A stretch of DNA of 45,860 bases. Source: Lachnospiraceae bacterium (GTDB lineage: Bacteria > Bacillota_I > Bacilli_A > RFN20 > CAG-826). The stretch covers positions 1-45,860 of the forward strand of contig CAVKZU010000020.1 of NCBI GenBank assembly GCA_963660725.1, written 5' to 3'. A program made the translations under genes and the position numbers. Each line of letters starts with the position of its first letter. Position 1 is the stretch's first letter. Shown in pieces: positions 1 to 8,819 of this stretch. The notes beneath the pieces were generated by a model, which saw nothing but the letters and a program-made list of their open reading frames with translations, was not told the DNA's origin and made no database searches.

Positions 1-297
1 TTTAATACTATTAAAGAGAATGAAATAACTAATAATGAAAAGACAATGCAAGAATTAATGAAAGAAGTTAGATACGCTCAAATATTAAGACCATATGAAT
101 TTAAATTTAATTGTGTTAGTGAATTCTCTGGAGAAGGAGAAGTCTTTAAAGATATTGGAGGAGTATTAACTCTAGATATGTGTAGAAGTCATAAATATGA
201 TGATTTAATCTTAAAAATGGTTGAAGTTAATTTTAAAGAAAGAGAGAAATCACTTAAAGAGCTTAAAGATGAAGCTACTCAATGGTTATCAATCTAG
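1..297 (+). CDS. hypothetical protein, 5' end outside window
   Basis: Frame 1 is open from base 1 to TAG at 295-297; the tracked ORF 46..297 is only the part after the first Met. No family recognised. Confidence 0.4.
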   Translation, partial: FNTIKENEITNNEKTMQELMKEVRYAQILRPYEFKFNCVSEFSGEGEVFKDIGGVLTLDMCRSHKYDDLILKMVEVNFKEREKSLKELKDEATQWLSI

Positions 298-437
298 CAA
301 CTAATTGCAAATTGTAATAAAAAATCATTAACATTTACCTTCTTTGAAGATGATTCTTTAACTTTCACTTATAAACTTTAATTAATATTTAAAAGATCAT
401 TAGATAATATTTTAATGGACTTTTTCTTTAAAATCAA

Positions 438-466
438 AAGAAAAAGGAAGTATCTAAACTTCCTTA
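438..466 (-). terminator. intrinsic terminator downstream of hpt
   Basis: Minus-strand hairpin AAGGAAGT-N6-ACTTCCTT followed by a T-run, directly 3' of the hpt stop at 471-473. Confidence 0.55.
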
Positions 467-470
467 ATGG

Positions 471-1049
471 CTATTCTTTTGATGATTCTTTTTCTTCTTT
501 AATGACTTTATCCCATTTTTTTAAATCTTCTTTAGAAGGTATAAAGACATATTCAATGTTACGAGCGAGTTCATAGTAATCAAGTCCATATCCTACTAAG
601 AATTTATTTTCTTTTAAAGTAACACCTACTAAATCTGCTTCTAATTCAACCTTTCTTAATGGTTTTTTATCAATTAAAGTACATAATGTAATACTTGAAG
701 GTTGATATTTAATTTTTAAATATTGTTTTAAATAAGATAAAGTTAAACCTGTATCAATAATATCTTCAATAATAACTACATCTCTATTTTTAATATCTGA
801 ACTGACATCTTTTTTTAAATGGATTACTCCAGTTGATGCAGTTCCATCATAAGAAGAAACTTGGATAAAATCTTCTTCTAATTCAAAATCACAATGTTTT
901 ACTAAATCAATCATAAAAGGCATAGCACCTTTTAATACTCCAATAAAGATTGGAACATTTTTAGAATCTTTAAATCTTTCTTTTAATTCATTACCTAATC
1001 TAGCACAGATTGATTCAATTTCTTCTTTTGAAATGATAATTTCTCTCAT
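471..1049 (-). CDS. hpt: hypoxanthine-guanine phosphoribosyltransferase
   Basis: 192 aa; PRPP-binding loop VVIIEDIIDTGLT; typical Hpt N-terminus (ISKEEIESICARLGNEL) and length; GAGGT SD upstream. Confidence 0.9.
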   Translation of the reverse strand: MREIIISKEEIESICARLGNELKERFKDSKNVPIFIGVLKGAMPFMIDLVKHCDFELEEDFIQVSSYDGTASTGVIHLKKDVSSDIKNRDVVIIEDIIDTGLTLSYLKQYLKIKYQPSSITLCTLIDKKPLRKVELEADLVGVTLKENKFLVGYGLDYYELARNIEYVFIPSKEDLKKWDKVIKEEKESSKE

Positions 1050-1253
1050 AAATACCTCAATAAATTAATAAATATAAACTATATTTAATAACTTTAAGAT
1101 ATGTATTTCAAACTTTTATTTAAAATTGACTTATTTCTTTATACTATCTTAATTTTAAATAATATTTTATACTTGAAAGCGCTTTCATAAAATATTCAAA
1201 AATATTTCTTGATTATTTTTAAATTAATATTATTATATTGACATATAAAAAAG

Positions 1254-1407
1254 AATAGAGGTAGCGATGTAAAAGAGTAATTCATGGAGGAGGCATCCAG
1301 TGAAGTGAATGAAAGGTAATCATCGCCGAACGTAATACTAGCAAAGGTATTAACGTGGGATTATAGGAAATACCTATAATACTCCTACATTTATGTAGAG
1401 GCGCTAT
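1254..1407 (+). promoter_or_regulatory. lysine riboswitch (L-box) aptamer
   Basis: L-box landmarks occur in the right order: ATAGAGGTAGCGA, AGAGTA, GGAGGAGGC, GAAAGG..ATCATCGCCGAA, hairpin GGGATTATAGG/CCTATAAT, hairpin CTAC/GTAG, closing AGGCGCTAT. Compared from memory with the B. subtilis lysC leader. Confidence 0.7.
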
Positions 1408-1433
1408 GTACATATTTTTAACAAAATGTATAT

Positions 1434-1457
1434 AAGCGTCGAAAGACGCTTTTTTAT
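1434..1457 (+). terminator. riboswitch expression-platform terminator
   Basis: AAGCGTC-GAAA-GACGCTT followed by TTTTTATT, 36 nt before the ABC operon start codon. Confidence 0.75.
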
Positions 1458-1493
1458 TACCATCAATAAAAATAAATTATGGAGGTAATTAAT

Positions 1494-2366
1494 ATGAAAA
1501 GAAATTTATTTTTAACATCAGTTTTAGCATTAACAAGTGTTTTATCACTTACATCTTGTGGAGGATCCCAATCATCAAAATTAAAAATTGTTAGATTTGA
1601 TCAAACTATTTTAGGAGATAGTGCAAAAGATTTAGGAGTATCAATTGGCGTTAAAAAAGGTAATACTGATTTATTAAATAGAGTTAATGATGCTTTAAGC
1701 AATTTATCACAAGAAACAAGAAATGAATTAATGACAGAAGCAACAGAGAGATCAAATGAAAATTATGAAGGATCTTCATTAACTTATACAGTTGATACTA
1801 CAAAAACTGAAACAATTAGAATTGGTCTTGAATGTGATTATGCACCATTTAACTGGACTGATACAACTTCAAATAAATTTAACTATCCAATTAAAGGTAC
1901 AAGTTTCTATGCTGATGGATACGATATCCAAGTTGGTAAATATTTAGCATCTACCTTACAAGTTAATTTAGAAGTAGTTAAACTTGATTGGGAAGCTTTA
2001 ATTCCTGCATTAGAAACTGACACTATTGATTTAGTTATTGCAGGTATGACTGATACTGAAGAAAGAAGAAAATCAATTGATTTTACAGATGAATATTATA
2101 GAAGTGAATTAGTTTTAGTTGTTAGAGAAGATTCAAAATTTGCTAATGCTACATCTTTAACTGATTTTAGTGGAGCTAAAATTGTTTCCCAAATTTCAAC
2201 TGTTACAGATGATGTTATTGAAAATTGGGTTACTCAATTTGGAGTTACACATTTAAGTGCTATGGATACATTCTCAACATGTGCTTTAGCAGTTCAAAAT
2301 AATACAGCTGATGCAATGACTGCAGAACTTCCAGTTGCTACATCAATTGTTAATGGAAGTAATTAA
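1494..2366 (+). CDS. polar amino-acid ABC transporter substrate-binding lipoprotein (family 3 SBP, apparently circularly permuted)
   Basis: GGAGG at 1481-1485 and ATG at 1494. Signal peptide plus lipobox LTSC-GG. SBP core IRIGLECDYAPFNW...DLVIAGMTDTEERRKSIDFTDEYY. First gene of an SBP-permease-ATPase operon. Confidence 0.85.
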   Translation: MKRNLFLTSVLALTSVLSLTSCGGSQSSKLKIVRFDQTILGDSAKDLGVSIGVKKGNTDLLNRVNDALSNLSQETRNELMTEATERSNENYEGSSLTYTVDTTKTETIRIGLECDYAPFNWTDTTSNKFNYPIKGTSFYADGYDIQVGKYLASTLQVNLEVVKLDWEALIPALETDTIDLVIAGMTDTEERRKSIDFTDEYYRSELVLVVREDSKFANATSLTDFSGAKIVSQISTVTDDVIENWVTQFGVTHLSAMDTFSTCALAVQNNTADAMTAELPVATSIVNGSN

Positions 2367-2368
2367 TC

Positions 2369-3145
2369 ATGAGTAGTTGGGATAAAATATTATCTTTATT
2401 ATCTAATTATTGGTTAACTTTCCTTAATGGTATCGCTTCAACTTTAATTCTTGCAATTGTAGGTACATTTGTTGGATTAATTATTGGTATTTTTGTAGCG
2501 TTACTTAGAAATTTAGAAATTAAAGAAACTGATGCAACTTGGATTAAGTGGTTAAAAGGATTTGGTAAAACAATTTCTACAATTTACGTTAATGTCTTTA
2601 GAGGCACTCCAATGATGGTTCAAGCAATGATCTTCTTCTTTGGAGGAAGTGCAATGGGAATAAATTGGACAAATCTCCAAAATGTTTGGATTTTTAATGG
2701 ATATTTCCTTTGTGGTATTATTGTTATTATCATTAATACTGGTGCTTATATGTCAGAAATTATTCGTGCAGGTTTAAATGGCATTGAAAAAGGTCAAGAA
2801 GAAGGCGCTAGAAGTTTAGGTATGGGATATTTTAAAACATTAGTATTCGTTATTATGCCTCAAACTTTAAGAAATGCTTTACCTACTATCTTAAATGAAT
2901 ATATTGTTAACGTTAAAGATTCATCAGTTTTAAATGTTATTGGATTAACTGAACTTTATGCATCTGTTAGTATTGCTACTAATAGAAACTACTTCAAAGT
3001 AGAAGGTTATATCATTATTGCAGTTATTTATTTAATTTTAACTTTAATTGCAACATTTATTGTTAGAATAATTAATAATAAATTAAATGGAAAGAAAACT
3101 ACACTTAACCCATTTAAACATTTTAGAAAAGGAGAATTAATGTAA
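2369..3145 (+). CDS. polar amino-acid ABC transporter permease (HisMQ/GlnP type)
   Basis: 258 aa, multi-TM; family signature [11 protein letters not shown] and EAA-like loop [23 protein letters not shown]. Confidence 0.9.
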   Translation: MSSWDKILSLLSNYWLTFLNGIASTLILAIVGTFVGLIIGIFVALLRNLEIKETDATWIKWLKGFGKTISTIYVNVFRGTPMMVQAMIFFFGGSAMGINWTNLQNVWIFNGYFLCGIIVIIINTGAYMSEIIRAGLNGIEKGQEEGARSLGMGYFKTLVFVIMPQTLRNALPTILNEYIVNVKDSSVLNVIGLTELYASVSIATNRNYFKVEGYIIIAVIYLILTLIATFIVRIINNKLNGKKTTLNPFKHFRKGELM

Positions 3146-3146
3146 T

Positions 3147-4166
3147 ATGGCAGAATTATTATTAAAAGTTGATAACCTTGCTAAATTCTTTGGAACTTCT
3201 AGAATCTTAAAAGATATTTCTTTAGATGTTTATAAAGGGGATGTTATTGCAATTATTGGACCTTCAGGAAGTGGAAAATCTACTTTCCTTAGATGTTTAA
3301 ATTTACTTGAAACTCCTACTCGAGGTACATTAACTTACGCTTCTAATCCATATTTTGAAATCCATAAATGTAAGGATGATTTTGTAGATTACATTAAATA
3401 TAGAGACGCAAAAGCTAAATATGAAGAAGAACTTGTAAGAACTGAAGATAATTTAGCAATTTACCAAAATAAATTACTTGAAAATATTACTAAAGAAGAA
3501 AGAAAAACTTTAAAAGAAGAAGTTAAAGTTGCAAAAAAAGAATTTAAGGATGTTAGAAAAAATCCTGTTAAGAAAATAGATTACTTTAATAAAGAAGCTT
3601 ATGAAGAAGCAATTAGTAAAAATCCTTCTAGTAAGATTTCTAATAAAGAAATTAATGAAATGCGTACTAAAGTAGTAATGGTTTTCCAATCATTCAATTT
3701 ATTTAATAATATGAATGTATTAGATAATTGTATTCTTGCTCAAAGAAAAGTCTTAAAAAGAAGTTATGAAGACGCTAAAGAAATTGCAATTAAACATTTA
3801 ACTAGTGTTAATATGCAAGATAGAATGAATTATCGTATTGATTCTTTATCAGGTGGTCAAAAACAACGTGTTGCAATTGCTCGTGCTTTATGTATGGATC
3901 CAGATATTATTTTATTTGATGAACCTACTAGCGCATTAGATCCTGAAATGGTTAATGAAGTCTTAGATGTTATGAAGGCTTTAGCAGAAAAAGGAATGAC
4001 AATGATTGTTGTAAGTCACGAAATGAGATTCGTTAAGAATGTTTCTAATAAAGTAATGTTTATGGAAAAAGGACACGTCGTCGAATTTGGAGATACTAAA
4101 GAAGTATTTACTAATCCTAAAGAAGAAAGAACGAGAGAGTTCTTACATATTGAAGAAAATAACTAA
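3147..4166 (+). CDS. polar amino-acid ABC transporter ATP-binding protein with a ~90-aa charged insertion
   Basis: Walker [11 protein letters not shown]-loop VFQSFNLF, signature [15 protein letters not shown], Walker [13 protein letters not shown]-loop SHEM. 339 aa versus 244 aa for the paralogue at 6017..6751. Confidence 0.9.
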   Translation: MAELLLKVDNLAKFFGTSRILKDISLDVYKGDVIAIIGPSGSGKSTFLRCLNLLETPTRGTLTYASNPYFEIHKCKDDFVDYIKYRDAKAKYEEELVRTEDNLAIYQNKLLENITKEERKTLKEEVKVAKKEFKDVRKNPVKKIDYFNKEAYEEAISKNPSSKISNKEINEMRTKVVMVFQSFNLFNNMNVLDNCILAQRKVLKRSYEDAKEIAIKHLTSVNMQDRMNYRIDSLSGGQKQRVAIARALCMDPDIILFDEPTSALDPEMVNEVLDVMKALAEKGMTMIVVSHEMRFVKNVSNKVMFMEKGHVVEFGDTKEVFTNPKEERTREFLHIEENN

Positions 4167-4192
4167 AAATGGGGAGAAATCTCCATTTTTTA
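4165..4192 (+). terminator. intrinsic terminator after the ABC operon
   Basis: AAAAATGGGGAG-AAAT-CTCCATTTTT hairpin (one bulge) with a T-run, starting at the stop codon. Confidence 0.6.
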
Positions 4193-4210
4193 TATTGCTT
4201 TAAACATTTA

Positions 4211-4348
4211 TTGCCAAAATTCATACTAAACTTTTGGCAAACTTGCGTTTAACATCACGGCAAACTTCATACTAAATTCACGGCAAACTTCATACTAAAG
4301 TTACGGCAAACTTCATACTAAAGTCACGGCAAACTTGCTATTTTAATA
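4211..4348 (+). repeat. 23-bp tandem repeat array, 6 units (core ACGGCAAACTTCATACTAAA)
   Basis: Units start at 4211, 4234, 4257, 4280, 4303 and 4326. The three central units are near-identical. Units 1 and 2 also form the inverted pair TTGCCAAAA/TTTTGGCAA. The array ends 2 nt before the ATG at 4351. Confidence 0.9.
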
Positions 4349-4350
4349 AA

Positions 4351-5756
4351 ATGAATTATAATATTAATATGGAAGAAGTAAATGAAAAAATATATATTAA
4401 TAGATTGTTTGATAAAAAAATTGAATTTTATTTAAGAAGTGTGGGTGCAATCCAAATTGTTGGTCCGAAATGGTGTGGTAAATCAACTACAGCAAAAAGA
4501 CACGCTAAAACTATTATTGATTTGATGAAAAAGAAAGTTAGAGATCAAATTATTCCTTTAGCTGAACAAGATCCAGAATATTTATTAGATCAGGGTGAAA
4601 AACCGCTTTTAATAGATGAATTTCAAATTATTTCTTTTATTTGGAATTCAATAAAAGAAAAAATTGATGAAACAGGAAGATTTGGTCAATTTATTTTAAC
4701 TGGAAGTGTAACTGATGCTACAACTATTAATTCGAAATATGGAGAAGAAGACGAAAGACATACTGGTACTGGTAGAATTATAACAGTCATGATGAGAACA
4801 ATGTCCTTATTAGAAAGTGGAGATAGTGATGGAAGAGTTTCATTATCTAAATTAAAAAATGGAGAATTTAAACCATCAATTTCAAATAAATCATTGTTAG
4901 ATTATGCATATTTAATTTGTAGGGGTGGTTGGCCTGAAGCAATGGAACGAGAGGAAGATGTTGCATTACAACAAGCTAAAAATTTTTATATTGGTTTGAC
5001 AAATGAAGATATTTTTAGTTTAAAAGATATTCCTTTAAGAAAAGATGTAGAAAAAGCAAAGAAGATATTAATGTCATATTCAAGAAATATTTCTACTGAA
5101 GCAAGTAATGAATCTTTAAGAAAGGACGTTATAGAAAACGATGATTCTTTGAATGATGTAACTTTTAATAAATACATGAATGTTTTAGAACGATTATATG
5201 TAGTGGAAGAATTAAAAGCGTGGAATCCAAATTTAAGAAGTAAAACGACAATTAGAAGCAAGAATGTTAGACATTTTGTAGATCCATCAATTGCAACAAG
5301 CGCATTAGGTATTACTAAAGATTCTTTGATGTTTGATTTTAATACTTTTGGATTATTATTTGAATCATTAGTAATAAGAGATTTAAGAATATATGCGGAA
5401 TATTTAAATGCATCTGTTTACCATTATAGAGATAAACTCGGAAGAGAAGCAGATGCTGTTATTGTTTTTGAAGATGGAAGTTGGGCGTTAATTGAAGTTA
5501 AACTTAAAAACAACTTGGAAGAGAAGCGGATGCAGTTATTGTTTTTGAAGATGGAAGTTGGGCGTTAATTGAAGTTAAACTTAAAAACCAAGAAGAAATT
5601 GAAAAATCATCAAAAAAATTGGTAGAACTTTCTAAAGATATTAATAATAAATATAATCCAATACCTGCATTTTTAATGATTATAACTGCAGGGAATGTAG
5701 CTTATAAAGATGAAAATGGAGTTTATATTGTTCCTTTAGGAAACTTAGGAATTTAG
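4351..5756 (+). pseudogene. AAA ATPase of the AAA_14 + DUF4143 family (COG1373-like), frame broken by a 77-bp tandem duplication
   Basis: Walker A GPKWCGKST, Walker B-like LLIDEFQ. The C-terminal EADAVIVFEDGSWALIEVK resembles a PD-(D/E)xK motif. The ORF stops at 5568 after the duplication. Removing one 77-bp copy gives a continuous 442-codon frame ending at TAG 5754-5756. Confidence 0.8.
5435..5588 (+). repeat. 77-bp direct tandem duplication (2 copies, 3 mismatches)
   Basis: Copy 1 is 5435..5511 and copy 2 is 5512..5588. Differences are at 5439/5516, 5451/5528 and 5457/5534, all at third codon positions and synonymous. Confidence 0.95.
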
Positions 5757-5848
5757 TTTATTATAAAATTAAAGTTACATTTATTATTCAAATTCAAATA
5801 ATAACCATAAAATACGTATATTTTAATATTAACAATATTGTTAATTGT

Positions 5849-5947
5849 CGCACACGTGAAAAAATGACCTTAAAAACCTTGCGCACACGTGAAAAATAGA
5901 CTTAAAAATACCGTCGCATACGTGATAAAGATTATAAATGTTAATGT
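5849..5947 (+). repeat. 33-bp tandem repeat, 3 units, each with a CGCA(C/T)ACGTGA core
   Basis: Units start at 5849, 5882 and 5915: CGCACACGTGAAAAAATGACCTTAAAAACC.., CGCACACGTGAAAAATAGACTTAAAAATACC.., CGCATACGTGATAAAG... The third unit is degenerate. Confidence 0.75.
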
Positions 5948-5975
5948 ATTACTTCAAAATAATTACAATAACTTT

Positions 5976-6011
5976 AAACAAAAAGACCTGTTTTTAATTA
6001 AACAGGTCTTT
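5976..6011 (-). terminator. intrinsic terminator after the minus-strand ABC operon, possibly bidirectional
   Basis: AAAGACCTGTTT-N6-AAACAGGTCTTT perfect 12-bp stem with a T-run on the minus strand; 5 nt from the ATPase stop. Confidence 0.8.
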
Positions 6012-6016
6012 GAATT

Positions 6017-6751
6017 TTATATATGGAATGCTTCACAAGTTGTTAAGAAATTTTGAAGACGAGGAGATTTTGGATGATCAAATATTTCTTCTGGAGTACC
6101 ATCTTCAACGATTTTTTTATCATCAACGAAGATAACTCTAGTAGATACTTGCTTTGCAAATCCTAATTCATGAGTAACAACACAAATTGTCATTCCAGTT
6201 TCTGCAAGTTCTTTAATAACATCTAAAACTTCTTTAACCATTTCAGGATCTAAAGCTGAAGTAGGTTCATCAAATAACATAATTTCTGGGTTAAGAATCA
6301 AACTTCTAACAATTGCAATTCTTTGTTTTTGGCCTCCTGATAATGTTCCAGGATATGCATCTGCTTTATCTTCAAGATTTACTCTTTTTAAAAGTTCTAA
6401 TGCTTTTTCTTTTGCTTCATCTTTTTTCATTTTTTTAAGCATAACAGGTGCTAAAATCATATTTTCCATTACTGTTAAATGAGGAAAAAGTTCAAATTGT
6501 TGGAAAACCATTCCAATATGTGATCTAATTTCGTCAATATTTTTATCAGTAATTAAAGTATCTTTATAGTAAACTCCACCACTAGTAGGTTTTACTAAAT
6601 GATTCATACATCTAATTAAAGTAGATTTTCCACTTCCAGATGGTCCAATAATTGAGATAACTTCACCTTTAGAAACGTGTAAACTAACATCATCTAAAAC
6701 AGTTTTATTATCATCTTCAAATGTGACAGTAACATTTTTAACGTTTAGCAT
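6017..6751 (-). CDS. polar amino-acid ABC transporter ATP-binding protein (GlnQ/ArtM-like)
   Basis: 244 aa; [52 protein letters not shown]. Confidence 0.92.
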   Translation of the reverse strand: MLNVKNVTVTFEDDNKTVLDDVSLHVSKGEVISIIGPSGSGKSTLIRCMNHLVKPTSGGVYYKDTLITDKNIDEIRSHIGMVFQQFELFPHLTVMENMILAPVMLKKMKKDEAKEKALELLKRVNLEDKADAYPGTLSGGQKQRIAIVRSLILNPEIMLFDEPTSALDPEMVKEVLDVIKELAETGMTICVVTHELGFAKQVSTRVIFVDDKKIVEDGTPEEIFDHPKSPRLQNFLTTCEAFHI

Positions 6752-7610
6752 ATTTCATTAATCTCCTTTCTAAAAGTGATAATAATTTAGTAAGAATATA
6801 TACAATTACAAAGTAAGTAACACCCATTACTAAATATACAGTAGTGTAATCATAAGTAGCAGTTGCTAAAGATTGGAATGCTTTAGTTAAATCAACAACT
6901 GCAACAAATGATACAATTGAAGTTTCTTTAACTAAAGTAATTAACTCATTTCCTAAAGATGGTAAAGCATTTCTTAAAGCTTGTGGGAATATAATTCTTG
7001 CCATAACTTGAGGATAATTTAATCCTAAGGATCTTCCTGCTTCAGTTTGACCTTTTGGGACTGAATTTATTCCACCTCTTATAATTTCTGAAACATACGC
7101 TCCACTATTTAATCCAAAAGCAATAATTGCAACAGTTAAAGAATTAACATGTAATGGACTTAAAATAATAAAATATATAATTAAAAGTTGAACAACCATT
7201 GGAGTGCCTCTAAAGATTGCAACATATGTTTTAAATATATTTTGAATAAAGATAATAAATGGATTATCACTTTTAATATTTAAAATTAAACAAGTAATAA
7301 ATCCTAAAATTACCCCCATTAAGAATGCACATACAGTAATTAATAAAGTAGTTCCAAGTCCATTAAATAAACTTTGAATACTTTTAGGGTTAGAGAAATT
7401 AGTTTGCAATTTATCCCAAAGAGAGTCTTTATATACAATTCCTAAAATTAAAATAATAAGGATAAACGCAATAAACATGCTCCATCCAATAATTAAATGG
7501 ATTTTTTTAGAATGAGAGATAACTTTCTTATCTTTCTTTTTTAAGTCTAAAGTAGAAGTGTTACCTTCTACTTTATTATTTTTATTAATATTATTCTCCA
7601 TAATTTGCAC
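6738..7610 (-). CDS. polar amino-acid ABC transporter permease
   Basis: 290 aa; [11 protein letters not shown] and [23 protein letters not shown] motifs. Has an extra ~70-aa N-terminal extension with one TM helix. Confidence 0.9.
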   Translation of the reverse strand: MQIMENNINKNNKVEGNTSTLDLKKKDKKVISHSKKIHLIIGWSMFIAFILIILILGIVYKDSLWDKLQTNFSNPKSIQSLFNGLGTTLLITVCAFLMGVILGFITCLILNIKSDNPFIIFIQNIFKTYVAIFRGTPMVVQLLIIYFIILSPLHVNSLTVAIIAFGLNSGAYVSEIIRGGINSVPKGQTEAGRSLGLNYPQVMARIIFPQALRNALPSLGNELITLVKETSIVSFVAVVDLTKAFQSLATATYDYTTVYLVMGVTYFVIVYILTKLLSLLERRLMKYAKR

Positions 7611-8394
7611 TAATAATTGAATCTAATACACCATTTTCTTTACTTTCTTTAATAAATGCATTTAAAGAAGAAAGTAATGTATCATTTCCTTTAGCAACTG
7701 CAATTGCGTATTCTTCTAAGGTTAAAACTACATCTTCAACTACTACACAACTTGGATATTCTTTAACATATAAACTTGCAGGAGCACTATCAATAATAAC
7801 TGCATCAATATTTCCAGCTGCTAAATCTTTAGTAGCTAAAACACCATCTTTATATCCTTTACTTGTAGCATTTTTAATACCTGTAAAGCCCATATCATCA
7901 CTTCCTACAATATAAGCTTCTCCAGTAGTTCCAATTTGACATCCAATTGTTTTACCTTCTAATGCTTTTAATAATTCATCATAATCTAAATGTGCTAATT
8001 CTGAATCTGCTTTAACAATAACAACTTGACTTGCTGAATAATAAGATTCAGTAAAATCAACAACTTTACTTCTTGCTTCAGTAACTGTCATTCCTGCAAT
8101 ACCAATATCTGCTTTATAAGTTTGAATTGAAGGAATAATTGCATCAAAATCGATATCACTAACAGTTAATTTAGCTCCTAAAGAGTCTGCGTAAGCTTTA
8201 GCAAAATCAATATCAATACCTTTAAATTCTCCATTATCTAAATATTCAAATGGTTGGAATGTTGCATTTGTTGCAAGTACTAATTCTTTTTTATTTTTAA
8301 TCATATCAAGTGTATTCATCGTTTGTCCACATGATGCAAGACTTGCTCCCATTAATAAAGTAATTCCTAATGTTAAATAATTTTTAAGTTTCAT
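7591..8394 (-). CDS. polar amino-acid ABC transporter substrate-binding lipoprotein (canonical family 3 SBP)
   Basis: Lipobox LASC-GQ; LVLATNATFQPFEY, IGIAGMTVTEARSKVVDFTESYY, C-terminal EYAIAVAKGNDTLLSSLNAFI. Confidence 0.9.
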   Translation of the reverse strand: MKLKNYLTLGITLLMGASLASCGQTMNTLDMIKNKKELVLATNATFQPFEYLDNGEFKGIDIDFAKAYADSLGAKLTVSDIDFDAIIPSIQTYKADIGIAGMTVTEARSKVVDFTESYYSASQVVIVKADSELAHLDYDELLKALEGKTIGCQIGTTGEAYIVGSDDMGFTGIKNATSKGYKDGVLATKDLAAGNIDAVIIDSAPASLYVKEYPSCVVVEDVVLTLEEYAIAVAKGNDTLLSSLNAFIKESKENGVLDSIISANYGE

Positions 8395-8452
8395 AAAATA
8401 CCTCCTAACTTTTAATAATGAATAGAAACTTTAGAGCTAAGAGTGTTTATGA

Positions 8453-8700
8453 ATATAAAAACGCCCTTAAACTTTTAGTCTAAGGGCGATAATTCGCGGT
8501 GCCACCTTAGTTGCTTATTAAATCACTTTAATAAGTACTCTATGAGTTCAATTAAACTCAGACGCTTTAACGGGCGAACCCGTATAGGTTTTTTCCTATC
8601 TGCTCCAGGATACGTTCATTAAATTCTTCTATATTAGCCTCACACCAACGCTAACTCGCTGAATAGTTCCTTTAATTACTACTTCCTTTCTTCGCTTTAA
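8453..8700 (-). promoter_or_regulatory. T-box leader, specifier CGU (Arg), with terminator/antiterminator
   Basis: Read on the minus strand. The stem I base and specifier loop parallel glyQS: AGCGAAGAAAGGA-AGUAGUA-AUUAAA ... UUUAAU-GAA-CGU-A-UCCU-GGAGCA. The T-box sequence is AAGGUGGCACCGCG (8495..8506 on plus). Terminator is CGCCCUUA-N12-UAAGGGCG plus a U-run (8453..8488). Confidence 0.85.
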
Positions 8701-8819
8701 TGTAGAAAATTATAAATTAATTTAAATTTTATGCAAGAATTATTTTATATTTTTTATAAATTTTATTAATTATCATAATAAAACTTGAGATTATACATAT
8801 TAAATATTAAAATATATTC

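Noticed and set aside
295-381. In-frame continuation past the TAG at 295-297 (28 more sense codons: QLIANCNKKSLTFTFFEDDSLTFTYKL), suggesting read-through or a pseudogene
   Set aside because: TAG is an ordinary stop here (hpt, rplC, rplW and rplB all end in TAG). A 28-codon open stretch could arise by chance and there is no supporting homology.
4211-4348. Possible CRISPR array
   Set aside because: The units are contiguous, with a 23-bp period and no unique spacers between them, and no cas genes are in the window. It is a plain tandem repeat.
5435-5588. Diversity-generating retroelement (TR/VR pair) as an explanation for the near-identical repeat pairs
   Set aside because: The mismatches are not adenine-specific (C/T, A/G, T/A, T/C, C/T, A/T, G/A). 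The copies are directly adjacent, and no reverse transcriptase gene is present.
4193-5975. The two repeat arrays as transposon ends (Tn7- or Mu-like subterminal binding sites)
   Set aside because: The left (GGCAAACTTCATAC) and right (CGCACACGTGAAAAA) repeat sequences are unrelated and are not inverted copies of each other. No transposase or integrase gene and no target-site duplication were seen.
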